DNA from: an uncultured Chloroflexia bacterium
Lineage (GTDB): Bacteria > Chloroflexota > Limnocylindria > QHBO01
DNA length: 64,000 nucleotides
NCBI GenBank assembly: GCA_963750025.1
Contig: CAVVPF010000020.1
Coordinates: forward strand, 58,083-122,082
Direction: 5' to 3'
Part shown: piece after piece, positions 56,111 to 64,000 of the stretch
How positions within the stretch are numbered: position 1 is the stretch's first letter
Layout: each line of letters starts with the position of its first letter
Position numbers and translations under genes: made by a program
The notes under the pieces: generated by a model
Told to the model about the DNA's origin: nothing
What the model saw: only the letters and a program-made list of their open reading frames with translations
Databases searched by the model: none

Positions 56111-56626
56111 CTACGCCTCGGGCGAGGCCGCCAGGACCTCGTCCAGCGCCAGCACCAGGGCGGCTAGCGCAGCAGCAGCCTTGTTGCCGTCCCGATCATG
56201 GCTGAAGACATGTTCCTCGACGCGAGACGGATGGCCGCGCAGCGCCACTCCCAGGAAGTGGGTCCCCGTCGGCTTGGCGGCGCTGCCGCCATCGGGGCCG
56301 GCAATGCCCGTGACACTCACCCCGATCTCCACTTCGAAGCGATGCGCAGCCCCCATCGCCATGGCGGCTGCCACCTCCTCCGAAACGGCGCCGTGGGTCG
56401 CGATCAGCTCGTGGGGCACGCCCAGCCCGACCTCCTTGGCCAGGTTCGAGTAGCAGATCACCCCGCCGGCGTAGTAGTCGCTGGCGCCGACGTTCGTGGT
56501 GATCGCATGCCCGATCAGCCCGCCGGTCGACGATTCCGCGGTGGCCAACCGCCAGCCGCGTTCGCGAAGCGCGTCGCCGAGACGGGCAGCGGCCATCGCC
56601 AGATCGGCGTCTGTCGGCCCGCTCAC
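56111..56626 (-). CDS. CinA C-terminal domain protein (nicotinamide-nucleotide amidohydrolase PncC-like)
   Basis: LATAESSTGGLIGHAITTNVGASDYYAGGVICYSN. Confidence 0.75.
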   Translation of the reverse strand: MSGPTDADLAMAAARLGDALRERGWRLATAESSTGGLIGHAITTNVGASDYYAGGVICYSNLAKEVGLGVPHELIATHGAVSEEVAAAMAMGAAHRFEVEIGVSVTGIAGPDGGSAAKPTGTHFLGVALRGHPSRVEEHVFSHDRDGNKAAAALAALVLALDEVLAASPEA

Positions 56627-57111
56627 CGGTAGTTCTCGAACTGGAGCGCCACCGGGTAGTCGAGTCCACGCAGGTGGCCGATCACGGCCTGGAGGTCATC
56701 CTTGCTCTTGGCCGAGACCCGCACCGCGTCACCCTGGATCGCCGGCTTGACCTTTGGAAAGCCTTCACGGATCAGCTTGCTGATCTCTTTTGCCTGCTCC
56801 GAGCTGAGGCCGCGTCGCAGGCCGATGCGCTGGCGGACCGTGCCGCCCGCGGCCGGCTTGAGCTTCCCCCAGTCGAAGACCTTGAGCGACAGGCCTCGTC
56901 GCACCGCCTTGGACTCGAGCAGGTCCTTCACCGATCCCGCCCGAAACTCGTCATCGGCGAGCAGCGTGATCTCGGCCTTGCCGAGTTCCAGCGAAACCTT
57001 GGAGCTCTTGAAGTCGTAGCGCGTCGCCACCTCGCGGCGCACCTGATCGAGCGCGTTCACCAGCTCCTGCTGGTCGAAGTCGCTCACCACGTCGAATGAG
57101 GAGTCTGCCAC
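56623..57111 (-). CDS. yajQ: YajQ family nucleotide (c-di-GMP)-binding protein
   Basis: MADSSFDVVSDFDQQELVNALDQVRREVATRYDFK... Confidence 0.75.
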   Translation of the reverse strand: MADSSFDVVSDFDQQELVNALDQVRREVATRYDFKSSKVSLELGKAEITLLADDEFRAGSVKDLLESKAVRRGLSLKVFDWGKLKPAAGGTVRQRIGLRRGLSSEQAKEISKLIREGFPKVKPAIQGDAVRVSAKSKDDLQAVIGHLRGLDYPVALQFENYR

Positions 57112-57179
57112 GTACTTGCCTCCCGCTTGCCTGCCCCTATCTTCGCCTGTCGGAACGCGTCACGTCAGCCCCGTCAGTC

Positions 57180-58469
57180 TCACAGCCGCGTGATGCGCCA
57201 CTCAACCACGGCTCCATCTCGCCCCATGGCGCCCAGCGCGATGCCGTTGATGGTGACCTGCACCGCCGCGGCATTGCCGACCCGGATGCGCAGCGTGGTG
57301 GCGGCGCTCAGGGCCACGCTGGTCCCGGCCTTCACGGTCGTGCCCGATACCCCGGGCATCGGGTGGCCGTCCTGGTCGATCTCAAGGTACGAGGTGGCGC
57401 CGCTCACCTGGACGGTGCCGACCAGCCCACGAGGCGCCACCGTCACCCGATGCGTGACCGAGACCAGTGGCGCGGACCCATCGATCGCCACTGACAGATC
57501 CCACGTACCTGGTGGGAGGGTCATCGGCACCGAGAATCCGCTATCCGGCCCTGCGATCACCACGGCGGGCGTTGGCGGAAGCGGGGCTGAGCCCGGTATC
57601 GGCACCTTGCCGCCCGCCAGGGTCACGACGCTGAAGGACGACGTTGGTGGAGCGACCAGCCCGGCTGACACAGTGAGCGAGGTCTCCGGTGGAGCCGAGC
57701 CGCTGACGGTGACAGGATCGGTGCTCAGCGTGGCCGCGTCAACGGGCGCCGACAGCACCAATCCGCCGGGTGCGGCGCTCCGCAGCACGCTGGCTACGGT
57801 GATCGTCCGCCGCACAGCACTGCTGTCGCGTCCGGTGAGAGGATCGTTGGCGACAAGGGTCACCACGTTGGCGCCGGGCACGAGCTTGACGGAGATCTCG
57901 AAGACCCCGGTCGTATCGGCCTTGACGGTCGGGTTCTCGCGCAGACCGTCAGCGGTGATCGTCGCGTTGGGCTCGGTGGTGCCGCGAATGGTGTACTGGC
58001 TCCCGGTCCAGCCCACCACATCGGTCGCAGGTTCGGTGATCCGCAGGTCAGGGGTGCGAGCGAAGGTCACGAACTCGCCGACGAGATAGACGCCAAAGGC
58101 GATCACCAGCACGGTCAGCACCACGGCCGCCAGGGCTCCCGGGGTAATGACCAGCGCACGCGACACGCGCATACGACGCGGTCCCATGGGCAGTGCACCG
58201 CCCGCCCGCTCGAACGCCGAACCGCCCTGCTCGAGCCGATACAGATCGATCAGGTACTCAGGGTCGAGCCCCAGGTAGATGCCGTAGTTGCGCAGGAATC
58301 CCTTGACGTAGACTCCGCCGGGCAGATCGCGGTATTCGCCGCGTTCAAGGGCGGACAGATAGCGCGCCCGGATCTTGGTGTCCCGCTCGACCCGGGCCAG
58401 GTCGATGAACTTCGCCTCCCGTGCCGCGCGCAGCACCTCACCGAGCTTGGTCGGCTCGCGTGCCGTCAA
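57180..58469 (-). CDS. rodZ: RodZ-like HTH membrane protein with C-terminal DUF4115-like domain
   Basis: LGEVLRAAREAKFIDLARVERDTKIRARYLSALERGEY; TM helix; Ser/Thr/Val-rich C-terminal domain. Confidence 0.6.
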   Translation of the reverse strand: MTAREPTKLGEVLRAAREAKFIDLARVERDTKIRARYLSALERGEYRDLPGGVYVKGFLRNYGIYLGLDPEYLIDLYRLEQGGSAFERAGGALPMGPRRMRVSRALVITPGALAAVVLTVLVIAFGVYLVGEFVTFARTPDLRITEPATDVVGWTGSQYTIRGTTEPNATITADGLRENPTVKADTTGVFEISVKLVPGANVVTLVANDPLTGRDSSAVRRTITVASVLRSAAPGGLVLSAPVDAATLSTDPVTVSGSAPPETSLTVSAGLVAPPTSSFSVVTLAGGKVPIPGSAPLPPTPAVVIAGPDSGFSVPMTLPPGTWDLSVAIDGSAPLVSVTHRVTVAPRGLVGTVQVSGATSYLEIDQDGHPMPGVSGTTVKAGTSVALSAATTLRIRVGNAAAVQVTINGIALGAMGRDGAVVEWRITRL

Positions 58470-60823
58470 TCCTCGTCCTCGTCCGGCGCCACGTCGCCGC
58501 CCCAGCCGTCGGGCGTCACCAGGACCTCGCGGAAGCGGCTCCCATCCGCCGGGCCGATGATCGCGCGATCCTCCATCTGATCGAGGATGCGCGCCGCGCG
58601 GGCGTAACCGACGCGCAACCGCCGCTGCAGCAGCGAGGCGGATGCCTTGTCCGAGCGACGCACGATGTCGATCGCCTGGCTGAGGAGCGGATCGCCATCA
58701 TCCTCGGCCCCATCGTCGCCTGGCCGTCCGCCGCCCTTCCCGCCGCGCTTGGGAGCGGTGATCTCCGGGCGGTACTGGGGACCGCCCTGCGCTCGCCAGT
58801 GGCGAGCCAGCTCGTCGATCTCCGGATCGGTCACCAACACGCCCTGCAGGCGCACAGCGCGCGGCGCGTCGATCGGCTGATAGAGCATGTCGCCGCGTCC
58901 GAGCAGGTCCTCGGCGCCGACCGCATCAAGGATGGTCCGCGAATCAACCCCGCTGGTCATGGCGAAAGCGATGCGAGACGGTATATTCGCCTTGATCAGG
59001 CCGGTAATGACCTGCACCGATGGACGCTGGGTGGCCACCACCAGGTGAATGCCGGTCGCCCGGGCCAGCTGCGCGATGCGGGTAATGGTGGCCTCGACCT
59101 CGTAGGCGCTGATCATCATCAGGTCGGCCAGCTCGTCGATGATCACCACGATGTAGGGCATTCGCGGCTCTCCGGGCCGCAGGGCCTCGTTATAGCCCGC
59201 GATGTTTCGCACGCCGCGCTGTGCGAACTCGTGGTAACGGCTCTCCATCGTGCCGACCGTCCACTTCAGAGCGTTGACCGCCTTGTCGGTATCGACGATC
59301 ACCTCGGTCAGCAGGTGCGGGATGCCTCGGTACTGGGCCATCTCGACGCGCTTGGGGTCGATCACGATCAGCTTCACCTCGGTCGGCGTGGCGCGCATCA
59401 GCAGCGAGCAGATGATGGCGTTGACACAGACGCTCTTGCCCGATCCGGTGGCGCCCGAGATCAGGACGTGCGGCATGCGCGACAGGTCGGCGCTGAACGG
59501 CTGCCCGGCCACATCCTGGCCGAGCGCGAAGGCCAGCTTGCTGCGGGCCGCAGCTTCCTCGAAGTTCGGCGAGGCGAGCACCTCCTTGAGGGTCACCAGG
59601 TCAAAGGCGCTGTTGGGGATCTCGATCCCGACGAACGGCTCGCCAGGAATCGGCGCCTGGATCCGGATGCTGCGTGCTGCCAGGTTGAGCGCCAGGTTGT
59701 CGGCGAGTCCCTCGATCCGCGAGAGCTTGATCCCCGGCTCCACGTCGAGCGCGTACTGCGTGACGACCGGGCCTTCCTGGATCCGCGCCACCTTCACGCC
59801 GATTCCGAAGTGCGCGAGCGTCTCGCGGATGCGCTGTCCTTTGGCCGTCAGGTCGAGCTGGGCAGCGCTGCTGGCGGGGGCGTCGTCGAGCTGGGACAGG
59901 TTGGGAAGCTCCCAGCTGCGCCCGACCGCCTCGAGCGCCGCGTCGATCACCTCGCTGTGCTCCACCTCGGCGATGTGGGCCGTCTCTTCGGTTTCCAGTC
60001 CCTCGACCGTCAGCTGCGCGCCCGGATCCGCTGCCGTCGGAGCAGCGACCGATGTCCCGGTCTCCCGGGCGCGCACCGCGGCGCCCGTCTCGGCCGGCCG
60101 GCTGCGGCGCAGGATCAGCGGAGCGTCCTCGTCAGCGCCGCCCCCCACCAGCACCGAACGGACCCGGTCCAGCAGCCCCTTCGACTCCGCGGCAGGAGGT
60201 CCGGGGGGCGCCGAGCGTCCGCGCTGGTCAGTTGCCGCGCGCCGCTCCTCGATCGCGGCCAGCTCCTCGCGCTCGTCCCGTCGTCGCAGCCACGCGGCGA
60301 TCAGGTCGCCGACGGTCATGTTGAAGTACAGGAGCAGGCCGACCACCAGCAGGACCCCGAGGATGATCCACGCACCTGGCGCCCCGATCGCCCCGGTCAT
60401 GGTGGCGCTCACCGCCAACCCGACCGCGCCGCCCCCATCCCCGCGCTCGACCCCCTCGGCGCCATTGCCACCGAGGAGGTGGAACATGCCCAGCAGGGCG
60501 AGCGCCGCGACTGCCGCACCGGTGGCGGCCATCCATCGCTCGGCAGGCATCGTCTTGAGCCAGAGCATGAACGCGAAGCCGGCCAGCAGCAGCGGGGCGA
60601 AGGCGATTCCCCACCCGAGCAGGTACTCCAGCCAGCGGTGCCACGGGCCCACGATCTTGCCGGCCTCCGGCGCGAACAGGGCGATCGTGCTGATGATCGC
60701 CGCGAGCACCAGCATGAGCGCCAACACCTCGCGGGCGACCCGGCCACTCACCGTGAACGTGGTGCTGGCCCGTCGGCGCGAGCTGCCCTTGCGGCGCGAT
60801 CCGTTCGAGCGTCGCCTGCTCAC
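58466..60823 (-). CDS. ftsK: DNA translocase FtsK/SpoIIIE
   Basis: N-terminal TM helices; HVLISGATGSGKSVCVNAII...; C-terminal gamma domain (LLSQAIDIVR...ASASLLQRRLRVGYARAARILDQME). Confidence 0.9.
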   Translation of the reverse strand: MSRRRSNGSRRKGSSRRRASTTFTVSGRVAREVLALMLVLAAIISTIALFAPEAGKIVGPWHRWLEYLLGWGIAFAPLLLAGFAFMLWLKTMPAERWMAATGAAVAALALLGMFHLLGGNGAEGVERGDGGGAVGLAVSATMTGAIGAPGAWIILGVLLVVGLLLYFNMTVGDLIAAWLRRRDEREELAAIEERRAATDQRGRSAPPGPPAAESKGLLDRVRSVLVGGGADEDAPLILRRSRPAETGAAVRARETGTSVAAPTAADPGAQLTVEGLETEETAHIAEVEHSEVIDAALEAVGRSWELPNLSQLDDAPASSAAQLDLTAKGQRIRETLAHFGIGVKVARIQEGPVVTQYALDVEPGIKLSRIEGLADNLALNLAARSIRIQAPIPGEPFVGIEIPNSAFDLVTLKEVLASPNFEEAAARSKLAFALGQDVAGQPFSADLSRMPHVLISGATGSGKSVCVNAIICSLLMRATPTEVKLIVIDPKRVEMAQYRGIPHLLTEVIVDTDKAVNALKWTVGTMESRYHEFAQRGVRNIAGYNEALRPGEPRMPYIVVIIDELADLMMISAYEVEATITRIAQLARATGIHLVVATQRPSVQVITGLIKANIPSRIAFAMTSGVDSRTILDAVGAEDLLGRGDMLYQPIDAPRAVRLQGVLVTDPEIDELARHWRAQGGPQYRPEITAPKRGGKGGGRPGDDGAEDDGDPLLSQAIDIVRRSDKASASLLQRRLRVGYARAARILDQMEDRAIIGPADGSRFREVLVTPDGWGGDVAPDEDED

Positions 60824-60830
60824 CGGTCGG

Positions 60831-62495
60831 CTAGACCTCCATCACGATCGGCAGGATCATCGGTCTGCGCTTGGTCTGCTCGAAGAAGAAGCGTGACAAG
60901 GTGTCGTGGATCTTGGTCTTCAGGTAGCCGAGCTCCGCGGCATGGGCATCGCTGCGGGGTTGGCGCAACGCCTGGGCGAGATGCTCGCAGGCGGCGGCCA
61001 TCAGCGGGTCGTCGGGGTCGGACAGGAAGCCGCGTCCCAGCAGGTCAGGACCCGATACCGCCTGGCCGGTGGCGCGGTCAACGGTCAGCGCGACCATCAC
61101 CACGCCATCCGAGGCGAGCATGCGTCGATCGCGCAGGATCACCCCGCCCAGGCCGTCGATGGCGGCCAGGCCGTCGACCAGCACCGCGCCGGCGGTCACG
61201 CTGCCCGCGATCCGGGCTTGGCTTCCGTCGAATTCGACCACTTGGCCGTTCTCCAGGACGAAGATGCCATCCATCGGGACGCCTGCGGCCTCGGCCAGCA
61301 GGCCGTGCTGCACGAGCATGCGGTACTCGCCGTGGACCGGGATGAAGTGGCGCGGCTTGACGAGGCCGAGCATGAGCTTCAGCTCCTCGCGAGACCCGTG
61401 CCCCGAGACGTGACAGTGCTTGAGCGGCTCGTAATGGACCATCGCTCCTTCCTTGAAGAGGTTGTCGATCGTCTTGGCCACGGCCTCTTCGTTGCCGGGA
61501 ATCGGCGAGGCGGAGACGATCACCGTGTCCCCGGGCTCTATCGTGATCGACCGATGATCCCGATTGCTCATGCGGGTCAGCCCGGACATCGGCTCGCCCT
61601 GGGACCCGGTGGTCATCACCACCAGTTGCTCCTTGGGAAGCCGCTGCAGGGCATCCTTCTTGACAAAGGTCCCCTCACGAGGGTCCAGGAAGCCCAGCTC
61701 GATGGCGATCGCGGTGTTCTGTTCCATGCTTCGCCCCAGCGCCACCATCTTGCGGCCGTGCGCCCACGCCGCGTCGAGCACCTGCTGCACCCGCCCGATG
61801 TTGGAGGCGAAGGTGGCGACGATCACCCGGCCGGACGCCTCACCGATCAGCTGGCGCAGCGACTCCCCCACCGTCGCCTCGGACAGGGTGTAGCCCTCAC
61901 GCTCGGCGCGGGTCGAGTCCGAGAGGAGGAATTCCACTCCCCGGTTGCCGATCTCCGCGATCAGCCCCAGATCGGCCCGGCGCCCGTCGGGCGGTGTGTG
62001 GTCGAACTTGAAGTCCCCGGTGTGCACCACTGTCCCCAGCGGAGTCCGAATTGCGAAGCCCATCCCGTCGGGAATCGAATGGTTGACGCGGAACGCGGTG
62101 ACGGCGAAGGCGCCGACCTTGAATTCAACCCCCGGCTCGACGAGCTCCAGCCTGGTCTTGTCGAGGAGCCTGTGCTCTTTGAGCTTGCCGGTCACCAGGC
62201 CAAGGGTCAGGCGCCCGGCGTAGATCGGTGTGCCGGGGATCTTGGGGAGGACGTAGGGCAGGCCGCCGGTGTGATCCTCGTGACCATGCGTGAGGAGGAT
62301 GGCGCGCACGCGGTCGCGATGCTCCTCGAGGTATGTCACGTCGGGGATCACCAAGTCGATCCCGAGCATGTCCTGATCCGGGAATGCGAGCCCGCAGTCG
62401 ACGACCAGGATCTCTCCGGCCGCTTCGATAACGGTGATGTTCTTGCCGACCTCGCCCACTCCGCCGAGCGGGATGATGCGCAGGGTGTCTGCCAT
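60831..62495 (-). CDS. rnj: ribonuclease J
   Basis: LRIIPLGGVGEVGKNITVIE...LLTHGHEDHTGGLPY... Confidence 0.9.
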   Translation of the reverse strand: MADTLRIIPLGGVGEVGKNITVIEAAGEILVVDCGLAFPDQDMLGIDLVIPDVTYLEEHRDRVRAILLTHGHEDHTGGLPYVLPKIPGTPIYAGRLTLGLVTGKLKEHRLLDKTRLELVEPGVEFKVGAFAVTAFRVNHSIPDGMGFAIRTPLGTVVHTGDFKFDHTPPDGRRADLGLIAEIGNRGVEFLLSDSTRAEREGYTLSEATVGESLRQLIGEASGRVIVATFASNIGRVQQVLDAAWAHGRKMVALGRSMEQNTAIAIELGFLDPREGTFVKKDALQRLPKEQLVVMTTGSQGEPMSGLTRMSNRDHRSITIEPGDTVIVSASPIPGNEEAVAKTIDNLFKEGAMVHYEPLKHCHVSGHGSREELKLMLGLVKPRHFIPVHGEYRMLVQHGLLAEAAGVPMDGIFVLENGQVVEFDGSQARIAGSVTAGAVLVDGLAAIDGLGGVILRDRRMLASDGVVMVALTVDRATGQAVSGPDLLGRGFLSDPDDPLMAAACEHLAQALRQPRSDAHAAELGYLKTKIHDTLSRFFFEQTKRRPMILPIVMEV

Positions 62496-62502
62496 GCTGC
62501 TC

Positions 62503-63171
62503 CTAGAAGAGGGTCATCTGTTCGGCCTCGTCGACCTCGGCCGCCGGCGCTGGTTGCGCCGGATCGGGCGCGGCCGTCGGCAGCGGCTCGGCCCGTTCGG
62601 CCTCGATGGCCTCACGAGCAGTGAGGAGTGCCGCCGGCAGTCCGCGAATGTCGTTGAAAAGCGTCTCCCGCAGCGAGGACTGGTGCAGCGCCGCTGCAGG
62701 ATGGTACATCGGGAAGACAAAGCGGCCGCCCGCCCCGTGCAGCCTTCCATGCACGGCGCCAATCCTGGCATCAGGAAGGTAGCGGTGGAGCGAGTGGCGG
62801 CCAAGCGTCACGATGACAGCCGGATCGAGAGCCGCCTCCTGGCGATCCAGGTACCGAGCGCAGGCGGCAATCTCGGCTGGCTCAGGGTCGCGGTTGGCCG
62901 GCGGCCGGCACTTCACCACGTTGGAGATAAAGACGTCAGCACGGGCCCACCCGATCGATTGGAGCAGCTCGTCGAGCAGCTGGCCGGCCGGGCCGACGAA
63001 CGGACGCCCGGTGGCGTTCTCGCGGGCGCCTGGCCCCTCACCCACCAACAGGACGTCGGAGAGTGGGTTGCCCTCGCCCGGGACGGCGTGTGACCTCCCG
63101 GCATGCAGTGGACAGCCGGTGCAGCCACGGACCTCGGCAGCGACCGCAGTCAGCAACGCCTCCGCGCCCAT
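62503..63171 (-). CDS. uracil-DNA glycosylase family 4
   Basis: CTGCPLHAGRSHAVPGEGNPLSDVLLVGEGPGARE...GRPFVGPAGQLLD. Confidence 0.75.
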   Translation of the reverse strand: MGAEALLTAVAAEVRGCTGCPLHAGRSHAVPGEGNPLSDVLLVGEGPGARENATGRPFVGPAGQLLDELLQSIGWARADVFISNVVKCRPPANRDPEPAEIAACARYLDRQEAALDPAVIVTLGRHSLHRYLPDARIGAVHGRLHGAGGRFVFPMYHPAAALHQSSLRETLFNDIRGLPAALLTAREAIEAERAEPLPTAAPDPAQPAPAAEVDEAEQMTLF

Positions 63172-63246
63172 CGGCCCTGCCGACCCTCCCTCGTCGCCCT
63201 TCGATTTGGGCGGGCCACCACGCCGTCGCGGCGGCCGTGCCCCCGA

Positions 63247-64000
63247 TCAGGACTCGCTCACCCCAGCCTTGGCCATGTGTCGCTCCATGGCTGCTCGTCG
63301 GCTCAGGTTCACACGTCCCATGCGGTCGACCTCGGTGACCACCACCATCAGCTCGTCGCCAATGCTGACCACGTCCTCGACGCGCGCCACCCGGAAGTCG
63401 GCCAGCTGGCTGATGTGTACCAGCCCCTCCTTGCCGGGCAGGATCTCGACGAAGGCACCGAAGTTCATGATCCTGGTCACCTTGCCCAGGTACTCCTTGC
63501 CGACCTCGACGTCGCGCGTCAGCCCCTCGATCCAGCGAATTGCCTTCTCCGCCGCCTCAACCGAGGTGGCCGCGATCTGGATCGTGCCGTCGTCCTCCAC
63601 GTTGATCTGAGTGCCGGTCTCGGCGGTGATCTGACGGATCACCTTGCCACCGGAGCCGATCACGTCGCGGATCTTGTCGACCGGGATCTTGATGGTGGTG
63701 ATCCGCGGTGCGTACGGGCTCAGCTCCGAACGACTGGCGCTGATCACCGCGGTCATCTTGTCGAGGATGTAGAGCCGGGCCACCCGGGCCTGCTCCAGGG
63801 CGTCGCGCATCGCCTCGATGGTGATGCCGGCGACCTTTATGTCCATCTGAAGGGCGGTCACGCCTTCGGCGGTGCCGGCCACCTTGAAGTCCATGTCTCC
63901 GTAGGAGTCTTCCTTGCCGGTGATATCGGTCAAGACCGCGTAGCGACCGGTCGCAGGGTCAACGATCAGGCCCATCGCGGCGCCGGCCACCGGAGCCTTG
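63247..64000 (-). CDS. pnp: polyribonucleotide nucleotidyltransferase (PNPase), C-terminal part; N-terminus lies beyond the window end
   Basis: ...[19 protein letters not shown]...KH ([15 protein letters not shown]) and S1 ([22 protein letters not shown]) domains. Confidence 0.85.
   Translation of the reverse strand, partial: KAPVAGAAMGLIVDPATGRYAVLTDITGKEDSYGDMDFKVAGTAEGVTALQMDIKVAGITIEAMRDALEQARVARLYILDKMTAVISASRSELSPYAPRITTIKIPVDKIRDVIGSGGKVIRQITAETGTQINVEDDGTIQIAATSVEAAEKAIRWIEGLTRDVEVGKEYLGKVTRIMNFGAFVEILPGKEGLVHISQLADFRVARVEDVVSIGDELMVVVTEVDRMGRVNLSRRAAMERHMAKAGVSES

Noticed and set aside
58421-61345. 974-aa plus-strand ORF
   Set aside because: It is antisense to the well-supported ftsK and rnj genes. 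Its Arg/Pro/Gly-rich low-complexity translation is typical of spurious long ORFs in 70% GC DNA.

Overview
High-GC (~70%) bacterial chromosomal window, mostly housekeeping genes. In order: DUF2255; paaA(B)CD phenylacetyl-CoA epoxidase genes; the conserved thrS-infC-rpmI-rplT-pheS-pheT block; cvpA, a 3-methyladenine glycosylase and mutS2; a convergent class A PBP; tyrS; a standalone EF-G paralog; yebC-ruvC-ruvA. A ~14 kb purine/ureide catabolism cluster then sits between ruvA and ruvB: CoA-binding protein, uricase, OHCU decarboxylase, HIU hydrolase, DUF3830, a 4-TM protein, a cyclic amidohydrolase (allantoinase-like), a lipoprotein, malate synthase, a three-subunit Mo-hydroxylase (XDH-like), a D-aminoacylase-family amidohydrolase, adenosine deaminase and MocA. 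After ruvB come an NCS2 purine permease, queA-tgt, a small basic ORF, recA-recX, an F420-type LLM oxidoreductase, rny-ymdB, miaA, a GGDEF/EAL membrane protein, hflX, a PLP fold-II enzyme, pirin, a serpin lipoprotein, and a long minus-strand array murC-cinA-yajQ-rodZ-ftsK-rnj-udg-pnp. No rRNA, tRNA, CRISPR, transposase or integrase was recognised. The first ~33 kb carries many apparent frameshifts, densest at 11.7-22.7 kb and including essential tyrS, thrS and pheT. The last ~28 kb is essentially clean. This pattern argues for local sequencing or assembly indel errors rather than pseudogenisation. The gene set (MutS2, RNase Y with YmdB, RNase J, F420-LLM) suggests a high-GC Terrabacteria lineage outside classical Actinobacteria, possibly Chloroflexota-like. 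That lineage call is inference only.
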